The notes under the pieces are model-generated. The model did not search any database and was not told the origin of the DNA. It saw only the letters and a list, made by a program, of their open reading frames with translations. Below, piece by piece: positions 38,996 through 52,600 of a stretch of DNA of 64,000 nucleotides (positions within the stretch are counted from its first letter, which is position 1; each line of letters begins with the position of its first letter). The DNA is from Azolla caroliniana (taxonomy: Eukaryota > Plantae > Polypodiophyta), in contig JBHGNT010000009.1 of assembly GCA_043228905.1 (NCBI GenBank), positions 15,686,001-15,750,000 on the forward strand, given 5' to 3'. The translations under genes and the position numbers were made by a program.

Positions 38996-39825
38996 CTTAC
39001 ATTGAACCCCCTTGGGAGGGGGGTGGAGCCATTCTAGGCACCCCCCCCCCCCCACCCCGCAATGGTTCTCAACATCTTCGCCATCTCCATCCTTATCACT
39101 ACCCTATTATCATCATAATCATCATCCCTAACCCTAAAACCTACAACACTTTTTGGCGACCACAATGGCGAATCCCCCTTTGGACGAAGTCAATGCATAT
39201 ATGCGGCAGAAATGTACGAGTAACGATGATGACGATGTGCGAGAGGAAGTCACAAAATGATATGTAGTGTTGCAATGCGTGAGTAATGGCGCCATTATGC
39301 CTGCAAGTGTGCGAGAAATGGTCAAGATGTTTGGAATATGTTAATGTATGCTATGCAACGATGATGTGCAAGAGAGCGCGAAATGGAATCAACAACAAAA
39401 TGTGTGAGAACGACAATGATGTTTGTGTGTGAGTGGAGGAAATGTTGACGCTATGTGAGTGCGAGAATGGCAATGATATATGTGCAATTGTGCGGTTAAC
39501 GACAACGTGTGTGTGCGGGAAAGCGTGGTGCGAGAAACAACTAGAAATACGGCCAGACGAACAATGACGAAGGAGGAACTGGCAAAGAAACTCCGGATAC
39601 AAGTAACACAGAGGGAACCGGTGTCGCAAAAATATGACAAGGACACATGAACTTGAGGCAGGACCCCGGGGCCTCCGACCAGAGGATATCAAATTCGTGC
39701 GTTTATACTTTAAGAATTAACGGAAACGAGAAAATTTAATAAATTTTATTAGTAAAGGAAAAGAAAAATTACAATCTATCCCAAGATTGGGATTACAGAA
39801 GTTTAGGTTTAAAGAGATTAATAGA

Positions 39826-41055
39826 TAAGGAAAATTAGGGTTTTTTTTAGAGATATCTTCTGTAAGGAAAATTAGGGTTTATGTGAGAGATAACTTTCGT
39901 AAGGAAAATTAGGGTTTTTTAGAGATAGCTTCCGTAAGGAAAATTAGGGTTTATGTGAGAGATAACTTCCGTAAGAAAAATTAGGGTTTTTGAGAGATAA
40001 CTTCCGTAAGAAAAATTAGGGTTTATGTGAGAGATAGCTTTCGTTGTCGTAGTGTGAATCACACACTACGTGAAATATGTAAAATACTATATCCGATTTA
40101 AAGTACGTATAATAAATAAAATAAAATATTAAAATAATATTTATTACATGCGTAGGGCAAGATTTGAACCTTGTACCTCCACGTAGACAAACTCCAACCT
40201 TACCATTAGTGTCCTAAATATAGATTTAATACCTATAACACCTCCATTGTACTATCTTATCCTTAGTGTCCTAAATATAGATTTAATACCTATAACACCT
40301 TTATTTACACCTACCTTTATTAAAAAGTTAAGTCATGCATTTTTAGAGTGCGTGAATACTTTATTTATAAGAAAAATGTAAACCAATAAAATATTACTCG
40401 TGCATATCTAGCGAGCATGAGCACTATAGTTAGGAAATAAAAGCATAATGTAAAAAGCAACTCATGCACATTTAGTGTGCATGAACACTTTAGAAAAAGC
40501 ATAGAGTCTATCTATAGAAAAAGCATGGATTGTTAAGACTCTCTCATCACTATATAAGGATGAGGAGCACAATGTAATAGGTGTGTGGAATATTTGGAAA
40601 TTGGATATATTTCTAAAAGACACCAATTAATATATGCGTGGGATTCACGAAATAATCTATACTTGTGGGATTCACAAGTTCTTTTTAATCTCTTTCTTTC
40701 AATCTAAATACATATTCTTATCTAAATATTGATTAATCGAATACAATACACTCGTGGGATTCACGATATTTCTATCTCTCTTTCTAATAATCTATCCATA
40801 ACTATAAACTTGTCTCAAATTCTTCCTCTTCCTAGTCCAAAACCCCAACGGTTCCCACCTGACTCACGCAACGATCTGGCGCCAAAAGGCACGACACCGT
40901 AAGGAAAATTAGGGTTTATTTGAGAGATAGCTTCTGTAAGGAAAATTAGGGTTTTTGAGAGATAGCTTCTGTAAGGAAAATTAGGGTTTATGTGAGAGAT
41001 AACTTCCGTAAGGAAAATTAGGGTTTATGGCTTCGATAAGAAAATTAGGGTTTTT
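39826..41055. repeat. ~37-bp tandem array containing TTAGGGTTT, split by the 40045-40896 insertion
   Basis: Units aaggaaaattagggtttatgtgagagataacttccgt: about 6 copies at 39826-40044 and about 5 at 40897-41055. Confidence 0.9.
40045..40896 (+). mobile_element. Solo LTR-like element (TGTCG...CGACA group), 4-bp TSD tcgt/ccgt
   Basis: Termini tgtcgt...acgaca, inserted at the CCGT of a tandem-repeat unit. TATA ctatataagg at ~40550. tRNA-like module on the minus strand at 40149-40215. Confidence 0.85.
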
Positions 41056-42228
41056 CCCCAAAAGATGGCTTCGATTCCCTAAGGACCATTTGGATCTATG
41101 GATTATCGAGAGATCTTTATTCCTCCCTTCTCACACTTGCATGAATGAACTCCAGTTTCCATCTTGAGTTCAATCGCATGCATCCACATGACCTTTACTT
41201 TACATAAAGTTTGACTTTAGTTGCATGGGTGCACATAACCTTTACTTTACTTTACTTTATTTCGCGGCATGGTCTTATCATCCGTAAAGTTCGGCCCGTG
41301 CATGATCCGTTCGTCTCGACCGTCGCCCATCTGATCCATCTGGTTGCATCCGGCCCAGTTCCGTCTCCGTCCAAAACCTCTAGGAGTAATTAAGCCAAAT
41401 CTATCCACTCAAACAATTTAGCCCAAGTCCATCCATTCCTTCTATGCTCCTAATACATAGATGTAAAGTAATGAGTTTTGTCTTTGCTTATATACTGTGG
41501 GATTCTGATGTTGTCCTATCTATGTGGGATATCTCACAGTTTTGGTTTCCTCTTCTTCTCAAACTTCACACTCACATAACTTGATACTTAATTATTCGTT
41601 TCATGTGTAGTAAAGTGCGTTTAGAAGCTCTTGAATATGCCCATCTTTCTATAACAAGCCATTAAGCTAATATAAAATAATAATTTCATTATTTTTTTAC
41701 ATAGTAATCACACGACATCGGTGCCAATGAGTGGTTAAGTGCCATGCAAGACGAGATGGATTCCCTGCATGAGAACCACACATACAAATTGATGCTCTGA
41801 AACCAAAGAGGGCGCTTTGAAACAAGTGGGTATACAAGTTGAAACCGGGAGAAATCGGAAACCCATCGAGGTGCACCGAGGTACAAAGCCCTCATTGTGG
41901 TGAAGGGTTTTCAGCAAAAGAAAGGAGGCTTAAAGCATGCGAGTGGAAACAATTAGCTATGTCCTTGACATAACTAATTAGCTATGAAAAAAGCTACCAA
42001 TGATAAATAGTCATTTTTGCACCATGAATGAAAACATTAGAATGTTTTAATTATAGAAATAAGCACCATAAATGTGAAACATAAACGTGCAACATAAATG
42101 GATATGTGCACCATAAATTATATACCGAATTCCTAGGTCCATTATGCATGATCCATTGCCACATCACGTTGGCCATCACTTTGTGATTATTCAGGCTTGG
42201 ATTACTTCCACTGTTCCTAAACCCTATT

Positions 42229-42812
42229 GAGTCCACTCCTCCATTGCCGCCATTCTACATTTAGTGCCGCCACTATGCAATCGAAGCATCATCTGCCACT
42301 ATTTGATTCGACGGAGTTCACTCCTCCATTGCCGCCATTCTACACTTAGTTGCGGTCATTGTGCGGTCCAAGCATCATTTGCCATTGTTTGATCCGGCGG
42401 AGTTCACTCCTCCATTGCCGCCATTCTACGCACAATTGCCGCCATTGTTTGGTCCAAGCATCATCTGCCACAATTCGCTCCTATTGAGTTCACTGCTCCA
42501 GTGTCGTCATTCTACACTCAGTTGCCGCTTTTGTTCAATCGTGGATTGTTGCCACTGTTCGATCCAATGAAGTTCACTCCTCCACTACCGCCATTCTGCA
42601 TTCAGTTGCCGCCACTATGTGTTCCAAGAATGATATGCCACTTTTCGATCTAACAGAGTTCATTCCTCCATTGCCACCATTCTACACTCAATTGCCACCA
42701 CTGTTCGGTCCTGGATTGCAATAACTGTTCGATCCGACGGAGTTCACTCCTCCATTGCCGCCATTCTACACTCAGTTGTCGCCACAGTTTGGTCCTGGAT
42801 TGCCACCACTAT
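42229..42812. repeat. ~80-84-bp tandem repeat (about 7 copies)
   Basis: Unit core gagttcactcctccattgccgccattctacactcagttgccgccact. Lies upstream of the transposase-like ORF. Confidence 0.9.
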
Positions 42813-43045
42813 TCCGTTTGTTGATTATCTTGTGTATTGTTGTGTATAATCTTGTGTATTGTGGAATAATTTTGTGTATTGTTGTTGCCCATAGTTATCT
42901 TAGCTCGTTCTCAACGGTGGTTGAGTAGCTTTCACTCTACTGCAACAAACATAAACTTACTAATGGTGGGATTGCACCTGTGAATAACTGGTTTGCATGT
43001 GGTTTAGTAACTAGCTACGTGTCTTTTTTTTGTGGAAATTTACTA

Positions 43046-43500
43046 ATGAATATGTCGAGCCAAATGGAAGGGGAAGGAGGGTCAATACCCCTCATGGATC
43101 AACAGGATAGGGATGATGCTATTAGGACACAACAAGCGATACAAAAGTATTGGGCAGATAAGAAAAAGAAACATTGTCAATTGTTGAAGGATACAAAAGA
43201 CACATTCACTAAAGGTAAGTATAACATTGGTTGCGATATAGGTCTGAATACCACTAAGAATGAAAGTAATGAGACTACTATCATAGAGAGAAATGTTGTA
43301 GACTATTTAAATATTCAGACCAAGCACATCAACAATGAAGACAAGAAGGTAGTACTTTATGGAATATTAAATGATCCATCGATAAAGGAGTTAGTTGATT
43401 GTGATGGTCTTAATGCAAACATAACAGTTGTACTAGTAAATAATCTACGTAATAGTTTCGTATCCATGAGCAGGTCGGAAGATGATATTGTCTTAAAAAG
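43046..43500 (+). pseudogene. N-terminal part of a putative DNA-transposon transposase (Sola2-like, tentative); continues at 63643
   Basis: The ORF is cut by the LTR at 43501 with TSD AAAAG and rejoins in frame (DDIVLK|RSSLMML). A possible element left end GAGGCTTAAAGC lies at 41925. Confidence 0.5.
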
Positions 43501-44092
43501 TGTTGAGATACAAGCTCAACATTGGGTATGTAAACTGGTGCGTAAACCAATGTGTAGACTGGGTGCGTAAACCGGGTGCGCAACGAGAGGTCGTATTGGT
43601 GCGTAAACCGGGAGGCCGTTGGATAGATATTCCACGGAGGAATATATTTTGGGAGTTAGTGTAGAGGCTCATTAATGAGCATTGAAGTATGAGTCAGTAC
43701 TTCTGTTTGTCCGTTATGGAATTGTATAAAAGTGCTCTCTGAGCACATCCTATGTATAGAGTTTTCTGTGTTTTGCTCTCTGTCTCTCCCGCGTATGCTG
43801 TGTTGATTAAGCTTTCCATTAAACCTTCATTGTCTCTTGTCTTGTGTTTGTTGTTACCTGGTTGTGTCTGTTAAGCTTCCTCACGTATTCTTTTACATGG
43901 TATTAGAGTGTGAGGGTTGAGATCTTCTACTGCTGACAAACAGACAAACCCTAATCACGGTGAAGAACAGAAGAAGGAAACAATGGACAGAGGAATGACT
44001 AGCTGGCTTCCAACGACAGAAGCTCGACAGAAGAAACTATGCACCAGTACCTGCTTGGGCATGGCTACTGGAGTTCTGTTGATGGAGCTAAT

Positions 44093-47000
44093 TGTTGGGA
44101 ATATGTCCCTCGAGTAGGAGGAGGATCCAACTGTCCAGGAGTAGCTGACAGTCGATAACTACGAGGAACCGAATGTTCCGAAGTAGCCGACAGTCGAAGA
44201 TCCGAAGGAATTGACTGTTTGGAAATAGCCGACACTCAAAGAGTCGACAACAGAGAGTCAATTATTCAAACAGATTATTATTATTATTATAGTAATAATA
44301 ATAATAGTAATGATATGTAGCAATGGCTACAATTATAAATAGTACATATCAATATAAATACATCTAGGGCAAACAGATGGAAATGATGACAATTGTGAGT
44401 GATGTGCGCAAGAGAGAGAGTGAACAGAAGTAGCGTGTGATCGCGTGAGATAGAGAGTGAGTGAGAGCGGCGCCATAGTTATGTGCGTAACAGCAGACGC
44501 CAAGAGCCCTGCATGGTTGATACACTCGAAGGAGTGTTGTAATCTTTGTGTTGTATTTGTATATCCACTATACATAGTGAAGCTCTGTTCCCGTGGTTTT
44601 CTCCTGTTTTAGGGTTTCCACGTTAAATCTCTGTGCAACATTGTTGTCCTGTTTTTTGGCACATTTATGATTTGTATTTCAGCACAGTTCACTTATTGTG
44701 ATTTGACCGAACGATTTCTCAACAATCTGGTATCAGAGCTTGAGGTGCAAGCATGGAAGGAGGTGTGAGCGGTTTCCCAGGTATGATGGTGCTAAACTCA
44801 CAGAACTATGCAGACTCGAAGATAAAGATGGAAGACCTTCTCTTCGTGAAAGACCTGTACAAGCTAGTCGACAGAGCAGACATCCCTAGGGGGGTATTGG
44901 AGTCGGATTGGAAACTTCTAAATAGAAAGGCAGTGGCCACCATCCGACAATGCGTCGACCTAAGTGTCCTTCAGCATGTGGCGAACGACACAAATGCCCA
45001 TGAGCTATGGCAAGAGCTGTTGGGTCTGTATGAGAGGAAGAACGCGTCCAATAAAACCTCGCTGATGAGAAAAATCGTAAGGCTGAAATACAAAGATGGT
45101 GAGAGCATCGTCGAACACATTAGCACGTTCATGGGTATTTAAATCAACTTCCTGCGACCAAGTTTCCCTTGGATGATGCAATGCAGGCCATCTTGCTGAT
45201 GTGCACATTGCCGGACAGCTGGGAGAACCTGGTGGTTACTCTCAACACCTCCTGTCAAGAAGAGAACTTGTCTTTACAGACGGTGAAGACAAGCATCCTA
45301 AATGAGGAGGCAAGGAGGAAGGACAAGGGAGTCCTGTCCCAGTCGGAGTCGAATGTAACACAACATTCGGACAGAGGAAGGAACCAACAAAGAAGTCCAC
45401 TAAGGAGAGAAAAGTCCCATGCTAGATCGAAGTCTAGAGGTAAGCTAGTGTGCTTTTACTGTGGTAAACCTGGACACTTCCAGAAGGACTGCCGACACAT
45501 GAAAAAAGACAAGGGTGTCAGAAACAATGTCGAACCTAGGAAGATTCCTGATGAGAAGAACACTTCTGCCATTGCTATGAGCAATGAAGAACTGTTGTTC
45601 ATCTATGAACAGACAAGTGCAAATCTTGCAAGTGAAGAATGCACTTGGGTGATCGATTCCAGGGCATCGTTCCACATAACTCTGTCGAGAGAGTATTTCT
45701 CCACTTACATAGCTGGACAACACGGTTATGTGAAAATGGGTGATAGTGGAAAGTGCAAGATAGCTGGAGTCGGAAGTGTCCGCTTGACGACGTTGACATG
45801 GTGTCGACTGACTCTAAAGGATGTTCGACACGTCCCCAACATCAGATTGAATCTGATATCGATTGGAAGGTTAGATGAGGAAGGTTATAGTGGTAGCTTT
45901 TGGAATGGCAAGTGGAAGTTCTGCCAAGGAAATCTTATAGTGGCCCGAGCACAGAAAGAAGGCACATTACATATGATGCATGCCTGACTGTGCAAATCAG
46001 AAATAAATGTGGCAGCTGACTCGGCAGGAGAAATATGGCATAAGAGGCTAGGCCACATGAGTGAGAACGGAATGCACCTGCTTGCAGACAAGAAACTTCT
46101 ACCATAAGTCAAGGGAGTGCACATGGAGAAGTGCGTCGACTGCTTAGTCGGAAAGCAGAATAGAGTAGCATTCCACACAAGACCACCGAGGAGAAGAGAA
46201 GTAGCACTGGAACTAGTATACAAGGATGTGCGCTATGTTGATGGTCCATCGCATCGAGGTGGACAATAGTTTGTGACGTTCATTGACGACTATAGTCGGA
46301 AGACATGGGCCTTCGTACTGAAGTTGAAGGATCAAGTACTATCATTTTTCAAGGAGTTCCACGCAAGAGCCGAAAGAGAGTCGGGTCGGAAGTTGAAGGT
46401 AGTTTGAACCGACAACGGTGGTGAGTATAGAGGGCAATTAGAGGAATACTGCAAGTGCCAAGGTATTCGGATCGAATACACAGTGCCAAAGACCCCAGAG
46501 TTGAATGGGCTTGCAAAGAGGATGAATCGAACAATTATGGAGAGGGTAAGGAGCATGCTCTCTCATGCGAAACTGCCGAAATCCTATTGGGCTGAGGCGA
46601 TGTACATAGTTGGTTATCTGATCAACAGGTCTCCCTCAGTACCATTAAAGGGCGATGTCCCATAGAGAGTGTGGATAGGGAAGGATGTCTCCTACCAACA
46701 CCTAAGGGTGTTCGGATGTTTGGGGTATATGCATGTACCGAAGGATCAGAGGTCAAAGCTCAACAGTAAGTCGAAAGCATGCATATTCATGGGATACTTG
46801 GAAGATGAGTTCGGCTATAGGATATGGGACCTAGTCCACAAGAAGGTGGTGAGAAGTCGGGACGTAGTCTTTCTTGAAGATAAGACGATTGAGACTGGAA
46901 GCAACAGAAGTCGGATACAACTCCCCAGTCAACCCCGACTATCGTCGATCGAAGGTCAAGTGAACCGGCAATGTCGGTTGTTCGGAGACGGCCAATCGGC

Positions 47001-47100
47001 TCACCTGAATCCGAGTCGGTCGACTCGGAAAGACCGACCGACTATGAGTCAGAGTTGGCAGAGCTACTAAGGTCAATTGAAGAGTATGAGTTGGAGTTGT
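44093..47100 (+). mobile_element. Ty1/Copia family D (5' LTR 44093-44724, PBS, gag-PR-IN), truncated
   Basis: PBS tggtatcagagc at 44728-44739. gag LNSQNY..KMEDLL, CFYCGKPGHFQKDC; protease WVIDSRASFH; integrase WHKRLGH, PKTPELNG, CIFMGY. Confidence 0.9.
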
Positions 47101-48481
47101 CTAACCTGGAGATGTACTCCTTCCAGCCATCGGACCTTAGGCACTTGATCTTTCGCTCGGTTTGCTTTTCCGCAAGGCTCTTGACCTTCAGGAAACACGC
47201 AAAGACTTTGCTCTTTTTCACGATCAAGCATGTCCAAGTGTGCCGAGTGAAGTCATCGATGAAGGTTAGGAAGTAATGGCTTCCTCTGATGCTCACGTTC
47301 TGTGTTGGTTCCCATATATCCGAATGGATCACATCGAGCGGATTTCGACTCTGATTACGCTCGTTGGGAAATGGAAGTCGGTGCTACTTCTCGAGCTGGC
47401 GGGCTTCGCAGACTTGGTCGTTCCGGCCACTAAATTTCGGCAATCTGAAAATGATGTTCTTCGTCTGCATTTCACAAAAGCCATGGGAACTTAACATGGC
47501 TGAACCGCGTGTGCCATAGGTCGATGTCCGACTCGACCTTCTGTCCTTTTGTGAACAACGTGGTTCCGACTTCATTGGTATTGAGGATGAACATCCTCCT
47601 TTCTCGGTGCCCTTGCGCAATGACTTTCCCCTCTTCTTCGATGTAGCAACCAAGATGCGTGAATCAAACTTGCATCCCCTGGTCGACGATCTGTCCGACC
47701 GACACCAAGTTCTTTGTTATTGTCGGGATGTGTAGCACGTTCATGAGTTTCCCTTTCTGCCCAACGTGGCTGAGGGGAACTTCACTGACATGTTCGATGG
47801 TATGCTATGTGTCATCTCTAGTTTTGACCACTCCCTATTTTCCCAGTTTCTCCAAGTACGAGAACCATTCCTCGTGACTCGTCATATGATTTGATGCTCC
47901 GGAGTCAACATATCACACCTAGTTCGGTTTCGAGGTGTTCACCACCATCGAATTGGCTTTGTGCTTCATTACGAAGGCTGAGCCCGATCCATTTTCAGCT
48001 CGTTCGGAGCCCTCGGCGTAGACTTGCAATCGTTGCCGATTTCCTTGTTTGGTCCACCCAGAGCCGGATGCGATTTTCTCCGAATAGGCACGTTTCTTCC
48101 AACCTCGCTCTCCCTCTAGCCTTTCTTGCCACAGTACCAACATTCCACAGTAGGCTTTCCTTGCTTGTTTCTGACACCGCCTTGACTCCCCCTGTTTCCT
48201 GAGGATCTGGAACTAGTGTTGGCATTACAACCATGCCTTCCATCTTGCTCCTGTCGGCCACCTCCATTGTGCGCCGACTCGCCCAGTCCACCATGTCCAC
48301 GGGGCCTATCTTCCTCCGTGTACAACATCTTGCTATCGGCGTGCATACTCGTTGACGCACCCGCGTGGTTCTCCTCTACTAGGAGCATCGACTGTAAGTC
48401 GAAAAATGACAACGTATTCTTCCTCGTATAGACAGTAGTTCGGAATGCTCTGAACTTCAATGCTAACCTTCCAAGGCAGAT
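47101..48481 (-). mobile_element. Inverted Copia family A fragment (gag end, PR, IN)
   Basis: Minus strand: FFDLQSMLLVEENH, ECWYCGKKG, DSGASNHMT, IHSDIW..YFLTFIDDFTR..KCLRSDG. Confidence 0.85.
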
Positions 48482-48910
48482 TGTTGAGATACAAGCTCAA
48501 CATTGGCTAGATCGGTGCATAAACTGGTGCGTAAACCACTACGCAACAAGAGGCCGGATCGGTGCAGAAACCGGGAGGCCATTGAACAAATATTCCGCGA
48601 GGGAATATATTTGGGAGTTAGTGTAGGAGCTCAATTATGAGCATTGAAATACGTGTCAGTACTTCTGTCAGTCCGTTTGGACTTGTATAAAAGTGCTCTT
48701 TGAGCACATCCTATATATAGAGTTTACACATTATTTTGAATTCAATTTTTGTGTGTGTTTATTCATTCTCTGTCTCTCCTGGGTATATTGTGTCTTAAGC
48801 TCTCCATTAAACTTGTTTTTCTTTGTTAGTATTCTGTGTTTTCGTATAGCTCCGCATGTTACATTTCACATGGTATCAGAGCGTGAGGGTTGAGAACCTC
48901 TGCAACCGAC
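48482..48910 (+). mobile_element. Copia family A LTR (48482-48870) with PBS, truncated
   Basis: tgttgagatacaagctc...tttcaca followed by tggtatcagagc at 48871-48882. Confidence 0.85.
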
Positions 48911-48929
48911 TTCAACTCGAAACAAGACA

Positions 48930-49125
48930 AACTTTAAACAAGAACTCAATATGGCGTATCAAGTTCCTATATAAAACACAAACTTTATACAGGAACTTGA
49001 TACGGCGCATCAAATTCCTGTATAAAAGACAAACTTTAAACAGGGACTCGATATGCCGTATCAAGTTCTTGTATAAACTTTGTGTTTTATACAGGAACTC
49101 GATACGGCGTATCGAGTTCTTGAGT
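48930..49125. repeat. ~42-bp-period palindromic repeats GAACTCGATACGGCGTATCGAGTTC
   Basis: Four degenerate copies. The same motif class occurs in 24323-25241. Confidence 0.8.
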
Positions 49126-49658
49126 GCTAAAACATATTTACAAAAATGTCCGGACTGCCAGGCGCTTACCTGGATTCTTGGTGCTCGATTTTCTTCGAAG
49201 ACATGATTCACGTTGTCGATGATTAGGGGGACATGACAAATTGGTGTTGTGTGCTATGGGCTCTTTGTGCTTCTGTCTGCTCTGTGTGCTTTGTTCTACA
49301 CTTGAGTGATTGAGAAATGAGGAGGTCTTCCTATTTATAGGGATTGACCATAGTTCTTAAAGTAACCACAATCACTTTAACCAGGGTTGGTAAGCTTAAG
49401 GTTAGTTAGTTAGACCTAAGAAAGAGTTACTTTATTTAGTACATAATCTTGAATGTACCAATCACTCTCTAATGGATTTGAATTAAATGATGCTTATAAA
49501 TGCATCAATGATTAAATACTCAAACTAACATATTAATGATTATTTTATACTCAAACTAACATACAATGATTTTGAAAGTCATGAAGGAAGCAATGATAGA
49601 GGTTCATGAATGAACCAATGATTGAATACTCAAAGCCACATTTTTATGACTTCCTAAT

Positions 49659-52600
49659 TGATAGGGTGTATAAGATAATAGATAGTTATACACTATATGA
49701 GGGCTTGACCAAACCGATTAGATGGAGTTGAAAATCATAATATATTATATAGCTCTAGGTAATTATGATTAGAGAGTATAACTCAAGAAACTAAGAAAAA
49801 AGATAGAGAAGGCGAGCAAGAAATAAGAATGTTCTGATATTCCAACATCAAGAGAATACAAAGGAGACAAACTCCACATTGAACTAAAACCAAAGACCTT
49901 CCTCTTCTAAGACACTTCCTCTTCCACAAAGACACTTCTTCCTAACACTCCTCATCCACTCTTTGGCCTTCACTCTTAGCCCCTCTCCTCACTAATATCA
50001 CTTCTTCTTTTATAACCTTCCTCTTCTTATCCACGTTCATGCTATTTTTAGAAGCTTTTTATCTCCCTATTTTTAGCTATGACACATCGACCTTCTAATC
50101 GTCATATCTCCCTCATCCGATATCCAAATTAAGCGATTTAAAAAGCTATAGAAAGCTCTTTTTACAAGCTTTCTAATCCATATTTAAACGTGATATTTGG
50201 ATAAACAACGAGGGAGTTATGACCATTCTATTTTTAATGTTTTTTATAGTCTGCGTTTTCTCTTTTTACTTTTCTCTTGGTCTCGTACTTTTACTTTTGA
50301 CTTCTTCCCTAAGGTCTTAGTTCGTGTTCTTATCCTCAAAAGGTGAATTATCTATACTTTATATTCTCCTAATGTTCAATGGCTTAGATTCTAAAAACAC
50401 TTTCACATTTAGCCCTCCCCCTTGTTAGAGGCTAAGCCATTTATGGCGAAGCACTTATTGGCAGTACTTAACAAACAAAAGCTCTCTCGCCAATCTCTTG
50501 GCTATAGACAATGAGAGAGATATAATAAAAAGAAAATAAAAAGATGTGAGTAAAACCCCCGCTAATCGGTATGAAAAACCTCACATTCTCTACAAATAAA
50601 AAAGATAATCACTATTACCATCTTCCTCTTTGTTAATAGAGAGAAAGATGGGTCTACAATATGGACTATTAAGAAAATAATGTATGGGGAAACAAGTCCA
50701 CTTCTTGCTCCCATCCATCCGTATCAATAATATCATTAGTAACTTGGGGAATATAAGTAGGTCCTCGAGTTACATACTTTTTAAGGCGCCATCCGTTCAC
50801 TCGATAAGAATGAAGTGCTCCATCCACATCTTTCAATTGGTAACTTCCGTTGTCATACTTTTTGTGAACCACAAAGGGTCCTTCCCACTTATTATCAAGC
50901 TTTTGTCCTTGAATATAATCATATCTATTATCATACCTAAGAACCAATGATCCTTCTTCAATGTGGTCGCCCTTGTGTTTTTTGTCATATGCCTCCTTTC
51001 TCTTCATTGCTTGATTTAAGTAATGCTCCACAGCTTCTTCTCTTGAATATTGTAGTAGATGGTTGCTCGCTAAACGACTCATCACATCATTTCCTTTTGA
51101 GCGATGCGATGCCTCCATTTGTCTATTACTTTTGATCTCAAGTTCGATCGGAAGTAACGCTTCTTTTCCATAAACCAAATAAAAAGGAGTAAAACCTGTG
51201 GAGGATTTATAAGAAACTCTATAAGCCCAAAGAGTATCATCCAAATACCTATCCCATGTTCTTACTTTGTCTTGCACTAACTTTGTCAAATTCTTCACTA
51301 TAAGCCCATTCACTTTCTCAACTGCACCATTTGCTTGAGGATAATAAGGCGTTGAATATCGATGCTTAATCTTCAACTTGCTTAATAGACAAGCTAACAT
51401 TTCACTCCTAAAACCGGGTCCATGATCGGATACAATCTCCATGGGAACTCCAAATCTAGTACAAATATTCTTATACACAAATTGGGCTACATCTTTGGCT
51501 TTAATCGAGGAAGTTGCTATAGCTTCCACCCACTTTGTCATGTAGTCAATGGCCACCAAAATAAACTCTTTACCATGTTGAGTTTTCGGAAGAGGTCCTA
51601 CTGCATCAATTCCCCATTTCTCGAATGGAGCAAACACCACAATGGGTTGTAAAGGTCCACTTTGTAGATGTCTTATTCCCGCTTTTTGACATGCATCACA
51701 AGATCTACACCAATCATGCACATCCCTATGGATAGTAGGCCATGTAAAACCAATTAGTAAAATCTTTCTTATCATTATATCATGGGCTAAATGCCCACCA
51801 CAAACTTCTTCATGCAACTTAAAGAGTATCTTTATAATCTCGCTTTTGTTAGGAACTCTTCGTAAAACTCCATCTTTCCCTTTGTTGTACAAATCTTCAC
51901 CCACCAAATGATATTGTGAAGCCTTTGCCACCAAACGCTTTCTTTGCAAAGCATTGAGGTTATTTGGAAACTCTCCTTTATTAAGAAAATTATGTACTTC
52001 CTCTAGGGAGTCTACATCTTTGCACGTCTCCAAAACACCAACGAAACCTTCCTTGATCTTATCTAATTGGGCTTGAGCTAATGCATCCGCTTCTTTATTG
52101 TATAATCTCCCCACATGCTTAACCTGTATCTTTTCAAAAGACCTTAGTAGACTCATTGCTTCTTTATAAAAATTTCTAAGCCCATCACTTTGACATTTCC
52201 AATTGCCTTGAATTTGTTTAATTACCAATAAGGAATCACCCTTAAGAATTAATCTTTTTATCTTCATAGCTTTACATAGACGAAGACCATAACACAAGGT
52301 AGCATACTCCGCTTCATTATTTGAATTCACACCACTTAATGTAATACCTTCACTTTTTACTCTGTCTCCTTGAGGATCCTTGAGAATAATCCCACCCACG
52401 ACTATGTTTGTGGCTTTGCGAAATGCCCCATCAAAGAATAAGGTGAATGCATCCTCCATATCCGGCTCGGGAAGTGCCTTTCGTAGCTTTACCAAGTCTT
52501 CTTCATGAAAGGTTTCTCTAAAGGTGAGAAGATCCGCCAATTCGGCACGCATAGTTGATTCCAATTTGACTTCAAAATCAAACTCCGCCAATAGTAGAGC

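Larger units (their letters stand above)
39622..41717 (-). mobile_element. Solo LTR-like element (TGTCG...CGACA group), 4-bp TSD ccgg/tcgg
   Basis: Termini tgtcgca...cacgaca. The right part is homologous to 31960-32230. Contains a 37-bp tandem array and a nested element. Confidence 0.78.
38659..41924 (+). mobile_element. Internally deleted Copia (family E LTR followed by RT start), with nested insertions
   Basis: LTR homologous to 18468-18907. Removing 39622-41717 joins to ANEWLSAMQDEMDSLHENHTY..RYKA..VVKGFQQKKG (Copia RT N-terminus). Confidence 0.6.

Noticed and set aside
39826-41055. Interstitial telomere
   Set aside because: Only one TTAGGG per 37-bp unit, not contiguous (TTTAGGG)n.
42229-42812. 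Regularly spaced repeats resembling a CRISPR array
   Set aside because: The intervening segments are themselves homologous (tandem satellite), the context is eukaryotic and there are no cas genes.
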